Shown: positions 51,694-60,883 of the stretch, piece by piece
How the letters are laid out: each line of letters starts with the position of its first letter
How positions within the stretch are numbered: position 1 is the stretch's first letter
Origin: Terriglobia bacterium
GTDB lineage: Bacteria; Acidobacteriota; Terriglobia; 2-12-FULL-54-10
Direction of reading: 5' to 3'
Length of the DNA: 64,000 nt
Assembly (NCBI GenBank): GCA_963666975.2
Contig: CAXVYR010000002.1
Span: forward strand, 352,001-416,000
Notes under the pieces: generated by a model
Told to the model about the DNA's origin: nothing
Databases searched by the model: none
The model's input: the letters and a program-made list of their open reading frames with translations, nothing else
Translations under genes and position numbers: made by a program

Positions 51694-51989
51694 CAGAACA
51701 GCCAGGTCAGGAAATTGGCCGCGCCCATCGCCATGCCTAATCCGAAGATGATCCCGGCCAGCGCCTTCTTGCTGCCGCCTTCGCCGAACGCGAACATCAG
51801 CCCGCCGATCACAATAGAAATCAGGCTTAACCCTCGTGCGAGGGGTCCGGTGAAAGCGTTTTCCAGCACGTCAATTGCATCCAGCCACGGACTTACGCCC
51901 TGGGCTGGAAGCTCCTGCTGCATGAGCAGCCCCATGCCTGCCATTAGCGCCGCTGCGCGTAATTTCGGAATCGGAAACCGTGAAGTCAT
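51693..51989 (-). CDS. VirB2/TrbC-like pilin
   Basis: SPW...FTGPLARGLSLISIVIGGLMFAFGEGGSKK. Confidence 0.88.
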   Translation of the reverse strand: MTSRFPIPKLRAAALMAGMGLLMQQELPAQGVSPWLDAIDVLENAFTGPLARGLSLISIVIGGLMFAFGEGGSKKALAGIIFGLGMAMGAANFLTWLF

Positions 51990-52014
51990 GCCTTCCTCCT
52001 ATGTTCGTTTGTAG

Positions 52015-52335
52015 TTAGTCTTGAAACATCCCCTTTGACTGATTTTGCAGAGCCTCCGCCAGTTCGGAATCTCCACCCTCGCCGCGCCGGATCGTGCGTT
52101 CCACCAGGTCAACCTTGCGGCCCAAATCGGCTAAGCCCAATGATCGAGCAGTTGCGTAAATGGAAAATGCGAACGAGACGACGGCAATGCCGCCATACAC
52201 GGCAATCGGCAAGCCGCCGCGCCGGAACAGAACCGACCAGTGCGGTTTGTAAAAGGCCAGCTCCGGCAACCCGAAGATCGCAACCACGCCCAACGCGGTC
52301 ACGGTGAGTCCGATGCTGACATGCCAGGGCCGCAT
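52015..52335 (-). CDS. Hypothetical two-TM membrane protein of the ICE
   Basis: Co-oriented ORF with two hydrophobic segments, upstream of the pilin gene. Confidence 0.6.
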   Translation of the reverse strand: MRPWHVSIGLTVTALGVVAIFGLPELAFYKPHWSVLFRRGGLPIAVYGGIAVVSFAFSIYATARSLGLADLGRKVDLVERTIRRGEGGDSELAEALQNQSKGMFQD

Positions 52336-52338
52336 GGT

Positions 52339-53259
52339 TCAAAGCTCCATTGCTCCGTCTCGACCGCCTCTTGCGGCTCCGCCGCTGCCGTCTCCGCCGC
52401 CGCCTCGACCTGCTCCGCCGAGCGCCCGGCTGATCGCGGCGTTGGCCCGTCCGCCGCTTCCGTGTATCTGAAATCCGGCCTGGGCTTTGGCGGCGATAGT
52501 GCCTGAGCGGTAGTGTTCTGAGGCAACCTCGACGTTGACGCGCCCGCTGCGGCCCTCGACGTCCTGATATTCAATCTGCGCGTCGGGATAGACGACTCGA
52601 CCCTCTTTGATGGGTAGCTCCAACTCCTGAGCGGCCTTGTGACGCGCCGCGTCTGCCGCCGCCTTGCCTTCTTTGGCCCGCGCCGTTTCGGTGGCGCGGG
52701 CCACCTGCTTTTTAAGCTCGGCGTCGATCCGCACTCGCTGGATACTCGCCCCTTGTTCCACCAGGCGGCGCTGCTCTATCTGAGCTGCCCGGTAAACGGC
52801 GGTGTCGTGTCGTAGTTCGCCCTTCTTGACCAGGCCGGTCCAGGTTTGCTGTTCCTTGTCGAATCCCTGCTCGACGGCGCACTCCTGCGCTTTGCGCGCT
52901 CCGGCCTCGGTCAAGGTAAGCACTTTGTACGTTCCGCCCCTCGGCCCTTTTGCTTGATGCTCCTGCATGTGGCCGTCTTTTATCATGCGGTCCACGGCCC
53001 TTCGCGCCGTGTAGGGATGGCCCCCGAATTGCGACTCCGCCAGGTCGCGGTAGGAGACGTTGCGATACATCCCCACGTCGGCCAGCGCTCCTTCGCTGCG
53101 CTGCTGAAAGCTGCGGTTGTCCTGTCGCGGATCGTACTCGCGGCGGTGTCCTGTGCGAGGCTGCTCTCGGTCCCGGTCGGTATGCTCCCGTCTCGGGGCA
53201 GGGGTAGGCGTCTGACTGCGGCTGTCGTCTCTGGTCAGGATATCGAGCGGATCAAACAT
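52339..53259 (-). CDS. wHTH + PD-(D/E)xK-like protein, candidate MOBC/Replic_Relax-type relaxase
   Basis: wHTH ending KVLTLTEAG, ELRHD, then PDAQIEY...VNVEVASEHY...AAK nuclease-like motif. Confidence 0.6.
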   Translation of the reverse strand: MFDPLDILTRDDSRSQTPTPAPRREHTDRDREQPRTGHRREYDPRQDNRSFQQRSEGALADVGMYRNVSYRDLAESQFGGHPYTARRAVDRMIKDGHMQEHQAKGPRGGTYKVLTLTEAGARKAQECAVEQGFDKEQQTWTGLVKKGELRHDTAVYRAAQIEQRRLVEQGASIQRVRIDAELKKQVARATETARAKEGKAAADAARHKAAQELELPIKEGRVVYPDAQIEYQDVEGRSGRVNVEVASEHYRSGTIAAKAQAGFQIHGSGGRANAAISRALGGAGRGGGGDGSGGAARGGRDGAMEL

Positions 53260-53277
53260 GCTGTGATCCTTCCCGGG

Positions 53278-54348
53278 CTATCTGTCTGGTCCGGCGTCTC
53301 GTTCGTGTTCCTGTGCTTTCGCTTTTGCCTGCGGGCTGGGAGCGTGGCTGATCTGCGGCCCGGCTTCGTGGGAGTACTTCTGCGCCAGTTCTTCATGCTT
53401 CTTTTCTTGTTCGGCTTCGCGTTCTCTCACCGGCTGTACTAGATAATCTGATATCTTCTCCGCCTCCGCTGCCGCGTGGTAAATCTCGCGTGGCTCCTTG
53501 TTCAGCACCTTGATCCAGTTATCAACGTAGGCCGCGCCGCGTGAGCCGTCATGGCCTACTCCTAACTTCTGGCCCGTCATCATGGCGCTGATCTCCGCCC
53601 GCAGTTCTTCGCGGGCGTAGGCTTCGCTGCCGAAGCCAGCCGCAACTCCTTCTTGCAGCGATTTGCGATCCAGGCGGCTTTCATGTCCGCTGGCGTGTCC
53701 CAGTTCGTGAAGCGCCGTCTGGTAGTAGCCGGTGGCCGAAGCAAACTGTCCGCGTTCTGGCAGCGTTATTCGATCCGTGTCCAGGCTGTAGCTGGCTTGA
53801 TCTCCGGGAATGTGGTTGATCTTGACGCCGCTCTCTCGAATCGCAGTCTCCGCTTTCTCGTGCGCCTGCCACTCCGGCGGGGCTTCCGCCGACCGCTCCG
53901 GCAGTTTCAGCCCCTCGGTTTGATCGGCGTTGAACACCGCGTACTGCCGCACGACGGGATGGTTGCGTTTGTACTCCTCATAGACCGCCTTGCCGTCCTT
54001 GTCCTTCAACGGCTTTCCGCCCTCGTCTTTCGCGGCGATGCGGGCGCGGTCGGTGTAATACAGCACCTTCGTTCCGCGTTCCCCTTTGCGGACGTGGCCG
54101 CCCAGGGCCTCGATCTGCTTGTAGGTTCCCCAGCGGTTGTCGCTGTGGCCCTGACGGATACCCCTGCTCATCAGGTAAAGGCTGTTGCCGCGTGTGTAGG
54201 GTTTCCCGGTCGATAGGTTCTCCGGCATACCTTGCTCCCCCGGCTTCCACGGTTTCTGCCAGGGTGCCACACCCTTTTTGATCTGCTCTATGAGTTCGTC
54301 CGCAACCTGGCGGACGTATTGTTCGGAGCGGTCCTGATTTTTGGCCAT
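53278..54348 (-). CDS. ardC: ArdC-like antirestriction / ssDNA-binding protein (DUF1738 + zincin domain)
   Basis: APWQKPW, YTRGN, WGTYKQ, VRKGERG, VFNADQ, LHELGH and YAREELRAE motifs. Confidence 0.88.
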   Translation of the reverse strand: MAKNQDRSEQYVRQVADELIEQIKKGVAPWQKPWKPGEQGMPENLSTGKPYTRGNSLYLMSRGIRQGHSDNRWGTYKQIEALGGHVRKGERGTKVLYYTDRARIAAKDEGGKPLKDKDGKAVYEEYKRNHPVVRQYAVFNADQTEGLKLPERSAEAPPEWQAHEKAETAIRESGVKINHIPGDQASYSLDTDRITLPERGQFASATGYYQTALHELGHASGHESRLDRKSLQEGVAAGFGSEAYAREELRAEISAMMTGQKLGVGHDGSRGAAYVDNWIKVLNKEPREIYHAAAEAEKISDYLVQPVREREAEQEKKHEELAQKYSHEAGPQISHAPSPQAKAKAQEHERDAGPDR

Positions 54349-54350
54349 GA

Positions 54351-54542
54351 TTATCTGTAAGCGTCCTTGTGCGCCTCGATGATGTCTCCCAGCTCCCCTA
54401 CCTCCTCGAAGCTCAAGCCGATCTTCTCGCCCAGCTCGCGGGTTACCTCAATGGGAAGGCCCTGCTTCAGCGCCTCGTGAAAGTCGTCCTCGGTTTCGAC
54501 CGTCAGGTACTTCTCGTCGTTTTCGTTCTCTTCGTGAATCAT
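54351..54542 (-). CDS. Small acidic hypothetical protein (63 aa) upstream of ardC
   Basis: MIHEENENDEKYLTVETEDDFHEALKQG...; GAGG RBS; a degenerate second copy exists at 54733-54824. Confidence 0.6.
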   Translation of the reverse strand: MIHEENENDEKYLTVETEDDFHEALKQGLPIEVTRELGEKIGLSFEEVGELGDIIEAHKDAYR

Positions 54543-54621
54543 GATTGCTTCCTCATTTCTGCCTCTCTGGGCCGATCCTTTTCGCGCCGTCGCGCCCGCC
54601 ACTGCAGCACAGGAAGCAAAC

Positions 54622-54830
54622 GGCCCGGCTTCCAGGGTTTTTGCCACGGCGCCACGCCCGCCTTGATCTGTTCCATGATCTCGTCTGCCACTTGGCGGAC
54701 GTATTGTTCGGGCCGGTCCTGATTTTTTGCCATTATCGGCAGGCGTCCTTGTGCGCCTCGTGAGAATCGTCCTCGGTTTCGACCGTCAGATACTTCTCTC
54801 CCCTTCGTTCTTTTCTCGAATCATGATTGC
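54622..54830 (-). pseudogene. Degenerate tandem copy of the small acidic gene and ardC 5' end
   Basis: KYLTVETEDDSHEAHKDACR* then MAKNQDRPEQYVRQVADEIMEQIKAGVAPWQKPWKPG, truncated. Confidence 0.85.
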
Positions 54831-55248
54831 TGCCTCCCACGTGCCCGCCACGCCCGCACAGGATGCAAGCGGGCCGGATGGCGTCTTGGAGACGCTTAAA
54901 ACGGGGCCGAACTGGAAATCCCTCCGCCAACGGCGTGCTCCCTCCCGTTTTCTTCGATGGTTCCTCGATGTTGCCCGATCGGCCCCTGCCGGCGGAAGTA
55001 TGATCTCTCACGCGCCGGCGTCGGCAGCGTTCCCGGTAGGCCCGTTGGCAGTCGCGGTGATCCAGCCGGGCTTCCAAGCTTTGCCGGTATCGCCGGTTGG
55101 CTCGCCGCCGCTGTTCCCGCCGCGCTTTCTTTCGGCAGCTGTCCCCGCAGTAGCGATGCCCCCGGTAGCAGGAATTGCAGATGTAAAACACCAACCCGCA
55201 GTCCGGCCAGCGGCAAGTCAACTGCCGTAACACCACTTTTCTGGCCAT
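54831..55248 (-). mobile_element. Cys-rich ORF of the type found upstream of istA in some IS21 elements; istAB absent (IS relic)
   Basis: CRWPDCGLVFYICNSCYRGHRYCGDSCR...RANRRYRQS.EARLDHRD...CILCGR; family assignment from memory. Confidence 0.55.
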
Positions 55249-55336
55249 CGCACCCCTCGCGGGCGTGGACAACTGCTCTGTCGTGGAACTCTGGCTGTGC
55301 TGTGGTCGTGCCCTCTAACCGGGGCCGCCATAAAGA

Positions 55337-55366
55337 AAACCCCGATCGTTAGCGCGATCGGGGTTT
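55337..55366 (-). terminator. Hairpin with U-rich tail upstream of the Cys-rich ORF
   Basis: AAACCCCGATCG-6 nt-CGATCGGGGTTT, followed by TCTTT on the minus strand. Confidence 0.5.
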
Positions 55367-55466
55367 ACCCATTTGCACTTTCGGCCCTGCCTTGCCGGAG
55401 CCTCGTCAAATCGCAGCGGCGAAGAAGACTTCGTCTCTCGCTATCGGCGCTCATCCAAAAAACCAC

Positions 55467-55696
55467 GGGGCCAGCGAAGCGGACCCGGACACGGGTTTCA
55501 TGGCGCGGCTGCTGCTGGCCTGGATGTCGACCGAAGCGGTCAAGACTCAGTCTCCAGTGTTGGTTTTAGGGGACCCCTTGGCCGAGTTCATGCGCCAGCG
55601 GGATATGCAGGACGAAGCGATAGCCCTCGTGGTGATCGAGCGCGGCTCCGCAATCAGATGGATCGGCTCTTTAGCGCTATGCTTCAGTTCATCTAG
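55467..55696 (+). pseudogene. Relic of a plasmid-encoded RepA (IncW/pBBR1-like RepA_C family)
   Basis: ASEADPDTGFMARLL | LAWMSTEAVKTQSPVLVLGDPLAEFMR, then frameshifted GDRARLRNQMDRLFSA*; motifs recognised from memory. Confidence 0.6.
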
Positions 55697-55774
55697 GAGG
55701 ACCGAGGGCCGGACAACCCGACACGGGTCAGGGACACCTTCCTCGAACCGAGGAACAGGTCCGCCACTAGTCGA

Positions 55775-58700
55775 TCACTGCGTGGCATCATCCAGTTCCC
55801 CCGGAGGCAAGGAGGAGAATACGGGCGCGGCTTCGAAGTTCAGTGACAAACTGACGATGGGCACCGTGGAGGTGACTTCGAGCGATCCGCTAAAGCTGCT
55901 GAGACCAAACAGGGGCGCCATGTTCTGCGCATCATGCCCGTTGGGCAACAGGGTCTCATCGACGCTGGCCAGCATCCGCCCATCCGCGTCCCTGGCGGTG
56001 AAGGTAATGAGGGCCGCTGTGTCGGAAGGGTTGGCATAGGCAACTCCTGTCCCAAACTGACCTTCTCCCTGCTCGGCAAAGGTGACAAAGCGGGTGGCCG
56101 GAACTGTCGCCGCATTGACTCCGGCTTCTCCCGTGGGTATCCCTTCGCTGTTACGCCGACGATACAGAAGGCTGGCCTGCACCGGCCCGGAGCAGGTAAC
56201 CCGCGCCCAGCCGGGCACCAGAGGGCCGCTCAGCTCCACGTTGGTCTCCTGGTGAACGGACCCTCCGGGCGGTAGAACGTCGTTCCGGCTGATCACCGTT
56301 CCCCGTCCCGCAAACGAGACCATCAACGGACTGCCGTGATCGGAAAGGAAATCGGTCTGGCAGCTCACCTCCCGCTGCGAGTAGTTGATATAGGTAATCG
56401 TGGTTTGCCAACCCGCTCCCACGGCAAGATGAGTGAAGTAATAGGTAGTCGATCCCTGCGCGGCGGCATCCGGTTCCCCCGGAGGCAAGGAGGAGAATAC
56501 GGAAGCGGCTTCGAAGTTCAGCGACAGACTGACGATGGGCTCCGTGGAGGTGATTTCGAGCGATCCGGTAAAGCTGCTGAGATCGAACAGGGGCGGCATA
56601 TTTTGCGCACCATGCCAGTTGGGCGGCAACATCAGATCTTCGATAGCCAGCACCTCCCCATCCGCGTCCCGGACAGTAAAGGTAACCAGAGCCGCTGTGT
56701 CGGAAGGGTTGGCATAGGCCACTCCGGTCCCATTCTTGCCTTCTCCCTGCTCGGCAAAGGTGACAAAGCGGGTGGCCGGAACTGTCGCCGCATTGACTCC
56801 GGCTTCCGCCACGGGCATCCCTTCGCTGCTATACCAACGAAACAGAAGGCTGGCCTGCACCGGCCCCGTGCAGGTGGCCCGCGCCCAGCCGGGCGCCAGA
56901 GGAGCGCTCAGGTCCACGTCGGTCTCCTGGTGAACGGATCCCCCCGGCGGCAGAACGTCGGTCCGGCGGTCAACCGTTCCCAGTTCGGCAAACGAGACCA
57001 TCAGGGGACTTCCGTGATCGGAGATGAAATCGGTTTGACAGGTCACCTCCTCCCGGGAGTAGTTGATATAGGTAATCGTGGTTTGCCAACTCGCTCCCAC
57101 GGCAAGATGCGGGAAGTAATAGATCCGGTCTTCCGGCGGCGGGGGGCTGGTACCCTGCTCCACGGTGATCGTCACCGTATCTGAATCGAATCGACCGCTC
57201 GGATCTGTGACCAGCAGCCTGAAGCTCAGCACTGCATCCGCCGTCAGCCCCCGCGGGGCCGTGAAGGTGGGATTGACCACGTTTCGGGACGACAGCACCA
57301 CGCTCTGGCCACTGAGTTGATTCCAGCGATATCGTAGCGGATCGTCGTCCGGGTCGCTGCTGCCGCTGCCGTCCAGCGTCACCAGTGCGCCTTCCCTGAC
57401 GCCGGTCTGGTCCGGGCCGGCATCCGCCGTCGGGAAATTGCTCGCCGGCGGAGGAGGAGGTGGTGGAGGGGGCGGTGGCGGGGGGAGGGTGCCGCAGACG
57501 GCCCCCTGGAAATTGATCGTCGCCAGCCACGTGTGAAATGCGGTATCCACCGGCGCACACAACGTGGTCTCCCGTATATCCAACGCCGAGAGTTGTGACA
57601 GCGCCGACAGGGTTAGCGGAAGAGGTCCGCTCAACGTATTGCCGTTGAGATACAGCCCCGTAAGGCGGGTCAAGACTCCCAGTTCGGCACCGATCGTTCC
57701 GGTCAATCCATTGGCGGAAAGAGACAGGATCGTGACTCGGCCGTTCGCATCCGTGGTGACTCCGTACCATTCCGAGAGCGGCTCGCCGCTCAGCCAGTTC
57801 ATGTTATTCGTCCAGTCCGCGCCGCCGGTCTCGTTGTAGAGTACCCGCAGCACCGCCCGGTCCTGGGCCGGAGCCACCCCGGGCGGGATCGGACCGCTCA
57901 ATTCATTACTCCAGAGTGACAACTCCAGAAGCTCTGGCAGGTTCCCCAACCAAGATGGGATCGACCCGGTCAATTCATTGTTGTGGAGAAACAGGTACCG
58001 GAGGTTGGCTAGGCGTCCCAGCTCCGCCGGGATCGCCCCGCTCAACTTATTCTCGTGGAGATACAGGAGCTGGAGGTTGGCCAGGTCCCCCAGCGCCGCC
58101 GGGATCTCCCCGCTCAACTCATTGCCCCAGAGATACAGGATCTGGAGGCTGCTCAGATCCCCCAGCTCCGCCGGGATCTCCCCGCTCAACTTATTCTCGT
58201 GGAGATACAGCTGCTCGAGGTTGGTCAGCTTGCCCAGCGCGACCGGGATCGCCCCGCTCAACTCGTTCCCGCCGAGAGACAGCCTCTGGAGGCTGGCCAA
58301 GTTCCCCAGCGCCGCCGGGATCGCCCCGCTCAACTCATTGCCCCAGAGATACAGGATCTGGAGGCTGCTCAGATCCCCCAGCTCGACCGGGATCGCCCCG
58401 CTCAACTCATTCTGGGAGATATACAGCTGCTGGAGGCTGGCCAGATCCCCCAGCTCCGCCGGGATCTCCCCGCTCAACATATTCTGGGAGAGAGACAGCT
58501 GCTCGAGGTTGGTCAGCTTGCCCAGCTCGACCGGGATCGCCCCGCTCAACATATTCTGGGAGAGATACAGCTGCCGGAGGTTGGTCAGATCCCCCAGCGC
58601 CGCCGGGATCGCCCCGCTCAACTCATTGCCCCAGAGATACAGGATCTGGAGGCTGCTCAGATCCCCCAGCTCCGCCGGGATCGCCCCGCTCAACATATTC

Positions 58701-60466
58701 TGGGAGAGAGACAGCTGCTCGAGGTTGGTCAGCTTGCCCAGCGCGACCGGGATCGCCCCGCTCAACATATTCTGGTGGAGATACAGGATCTGGAGGTTGG
58801 TCAGATCCCCCAGCTCGACCGGGAGCTCCCCGTTCAACTCATTCTGGGCGAGATACACGTGCGTGACTCGACCATCGACGTCGGTCGTCACCCCGTACCA
58901 TTCCGAGAGGGCCGCGGTGGTTAACCAGTTGGTGTTGATCGTCCAGTTCGGGCCGCTGGTCGCGTTGTAGAGTGCCACCAGCGCCGCACGGTCCGTCGCC
59001 TCGCCGTTGACCTTGTGGCCGGGCTGGGTGCCCTCCTCCGCGTGGGTGAGCACGGCGTCGAGCCCGCCCCCCGTGCCCCGGATCGCGTCCCCCGTGTCGA
59101 GCTTGATCGTGCGGTCGTGATTCCCGATCCAGATGCCGTCGGTGTCCATGTCGCCTGCCACGACCGTGTAGCTGAACACCAGCGTCGTCATGCCCGAGCC
59201 GCTCGACAGCGCGGCGCTCCGCAGAGCCGGCGGGGGCGTGCCGACCGAGCAGGACACCGTGGCAGTCGAGCCCAGGCAGAACTCGAACTCCGGCGTGCCC
59301 GTGACCGTCACGTCCTGGTCGAAGGTCACCGTGAACTCGATCATCTCGCCGGTCCCGTAGGTGTCGGCCGAGGCCGGCGACGAGGTGACGTCCACATTGC
59401 TCACCGTCGGGGCCGTCGTTGCGGTGGACATGCGCACGGTGTAGGTGCTGCCGACGGTGAACGTCGGGATGTTGCTGAACCAGCTGTAGGTCATGCCGCT
59501 TAGGCTGGAGAGGGACTCCTCCGTCGCGCTGGAGAGGGGGTAGGCCGTGCCGCCGAGCCACAGGGTGAGGTCATTGCGGGCGGCGGCGGTGAGAGTCCTG
59601 TTGAGGTTGATCCGGAAAACGGTGATAGAGCGGTGAAGGGCGCCGATGGTGTAGTCGGTTCCCTCGTAGGTGAAGTCGGTGTCGCTCAGCGAGCCGTACC
59701 CGCTGGCGAACCCAGTGAAGGCGACACTGGCGACACCCGCGGTGAGGGTGGCGCCCCAGAGGGGCAGGCGGCCGCGGATCTCGGCGCGGATGTGCCGGTG
59801 GGTGTCGCCGCTGCCGATGCTGGCGCTGCTCCAGCCTGCAGCGGTCAGGCTGCGGGAGGAGCGGCCGTGGAAACTCCAGCCGGACCGGGAGCCGCTGCCG
59901 GCGTGGCTGGCTACGGGGTCGTTTCTGCGGAGGGTGATATTCTTGATGTCGTTGGAGGTGACGACGATCCAGTAGCTGCCGAAGGGGCCAACGAAGAGGT
60001 TGGGGGGGGCGGTGAAGGTCTGCAGGCCGGTGCCGAGGGTGCCGGGCGAGATGAAGGTGGCGACGACGTTGCCGGGGGAGGCGCTGTCGCTGTCCCCGGT
60101 GGAGAAGTGCAGCCGGACGGTGGCCTGGGCGCCAGCATCAAGACTGCGGATGTCGAGCCGGACCTCCTCGAGGATGTAGCCGCCGTGCTGCCTGCCGACT
60201 ACAAAGCGGATGGCTTGCTCGAAGCGGTTGGCGCCCCCGGCGGTCCAGGCGGAGGTGAGGACTGGGCTGTCGGTATTGGTGAGGTGGGTGCCGGTCTGGG
60301 CCTGCGCGGGCACGGCCAGGGCCAGCAGCGCGGCAGCGGCCAGCAGGGCCAGGCAGGCCCGCGGGCCGGGGCCGGGCGTTCGCTTCCCGGCCTCGCAACG
60401 GCGCCGGGCTCCCGGAAGAGCCCCTGCCCCGGCGGCGAGGCCGTCCGGTTCTGAAGAACAATCCAT
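55775..60466 (-). CDS. Giant secreted/surface protein: beta-rich N-terminal domains, plant-type LRR array, polyPro linker, PKD/REJ-like domain, two ~225-aa C-terminal repeats
   Basis: Signal peptide ending VPAQA; DRAALVALYNATSGPNW LRR N-cap; 24-aa LxxNxLSGxIPxxLGxLxxLxxLx repeats; PTADAGPDQ; two YYF(P/T)HLAVGA...FSSLPPGE domains; start inferred from RBS. Confidence 0.88.
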   Translation of the reverse strand: MDCSSEPDGLAAGAGALPGARRRCEAGKRTPGPGPRACLALLAAAALLALAVPAQAQTGTHLTNTDSPVLTSAWTAGGANRFEQAIRFVVGRQHGGYILEEVRLDIRSLDAGAQATVRLHFSTGDSDSASPGNVVATFISPGTLGTGLQTFTAPPNLFVGPFGSYWIVVTSNDIKNITLRRNDPVASHAGSGSRSGWSFHGRSSRSLTAAGWSSASIGSGDTHRHIRAEIRGRLPLWGATLTAGVASVAFTGFASGYGSLSDTDFTYEGTDYTIGALHRSITVFRINLNRTLTAAARNDLTLWLGGTAYPLSSATEESLSSLSGMTYSWFSNIPTFTVGSTYTVRMSTATTAPTVSNVDVTSSPASADTYGTGEMIEFTVTFDQDVTVTGTPEFEFCLGSTATVSCSVGTPPPALRSAALSSGSGMTTLVFSYTVVAGDMDTDGIWIGNHDRTIKLDTGDAIRGTGGGLDAVLTHAEEGTQPGHKVNGEATDRAALVALYNATSGPNWTINTNWLTTAALSEWYGVTTDVDGRVTHVYLAQNELNGELPVELGDLTNLQILYLHQNMLSGAIPVALGKLTNLEQLSLSQNMLSGAIPAELGDLSSLQILYLWGNELSGAIPAALGDLTNLRQLYLSQNMLSGAIPVELGKLTNLEQLSLSQNMLSGEIPAELGDLASLQQLYISQNELSGAIPVELGDLSSLQILYLWGNELSGAIPAALGNLASLQRLSLGGNELSGAIPVALGKLTNLEQLYLHENKLSGEIPAELGDLSSLQILYLWGNELSGEIPAALGDLANLQLLYLHENKLSGAIPAELGRLANLRYLFLHNNELTGSIPSWLGNLPELLELSLWSNELSGPIPPGVAPAQDRAVLRVLYNETGGADWTNNMNWLSGEPLSEWYGVTTDANGRVTILSLSANGLTGTIGAELGVLTRLTGLYLNGNTLSGPLPLTLSALSQLSALDIRETTLCAPVDTAFHTWLATINFQGAVCGTLPPPPPPPPPPPPPASNFPTADAGPDQTGVREGALVTLDGSGSSDPDDDPLRYRWNQLSGQSVVLSSRNVVNPTFTAPRGLTADAVLSFRLLVTDPSGRFDSDTVTITVEQGTSPPPPEDRIYYFPHLAVGASWQTTITYINYSREEVTCQTDFISDHGSPLMVSFAELGTVDRRTDVLPPGGSVHQETDVDLSAPLAPGWARATCTGPVQASLLFRWYSSEGMPVAEAGVNAATVPATRFVTFAEQGEGKNGTGVAYANPSDTAALVTFTVRDADGEVLAIEDLMLPPNWHGAQNMPPLFDLSSFTGSLEITSTEPIVSLSLNFEAASVFSSLPPGEPDAAAQGSTTYYFTHLAVGAGWQTTITYINYSQREVSCQTDFLSDHGSPLMVSFAGRGTVISRNDVLPPGGSVHQETNVELSGPLVPGWARVTCSGPVQASLLYRRRNSEGIPTGEAGVNAATVPATRFVTFAEQGEGQFGTGVAYANPSDTAALITFTARDADGRMLASVDETLLPNGHDAQNMAPLFGLSSFSGSLEVTSTVPIVSLSLNFEAAPVFSSLPPGELDDATQ
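57885..58866 (-). repeat. 72-bp LRR-coding tandem array, about 13 units
   Basis: Recurrent GGGATC(G/T)CCCCGCTCAAC core every 72 bp. Confidence 0.95.
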
Positions 60467-60883
60467 ACTCCGTGCTGTTCTGACCGGGACGCGGCGCTGG
60501 CGGCGCGGTCCTTCCTGGCCCCGGCCCGGCCTGCGGCCGTCGTGCGGCGCCGCGTCCGCCCGGCAGGTCCGCGGTTGCTGCTTCGCGGCGATGTCGCCAG
60601 GGGCCGACGAACGATCCGTGGCTGTCTCCAAATCCCCTGACCTCCCAGCGGCCGTGTGCCCTGCGCACGCCGCGCCGGCCGGCGCGGTCCGCGCCGCCCT
60701 CCACGCGGATGACCGCACACGCACACACCACCCCGCACGATTGTAGGAAATGTTGTGTTACAATGCTGTCCATAGAAGTAGTTTCTTCGCTCATATAACG
60801 CTCATTCGTCGCTATTTAGACGAGATCAGCCAGATATCTGACCGCATCGGCCCGGCCCAGGCGGCGGGGGCAGGGAGGAACGC

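Larger units (their letters stand above)
38119..55760 (-). mobile_element. Integrative conjugative element (Trb/VirB-type T4SS), partly degraded; right boundary not found and may lie beyond the window
   Basis: tRNA-adjacent tyrosine integrase and excisionase, co-oriented VirB2-3-4-9-10-5-6-8, T4CP, VirB11, ArdC; arm-site-like TGTGCC repeats at 38205-38222. Confidence 0.88.

Noticed and set aside
57916-58970. Three long repetitive plus-strand ORFs over the LRR array, or the array as CRISPR
   Set aside because: Stop-free antisense frames arising from the 72-bp coding repeat; no repeat-spacer structure.
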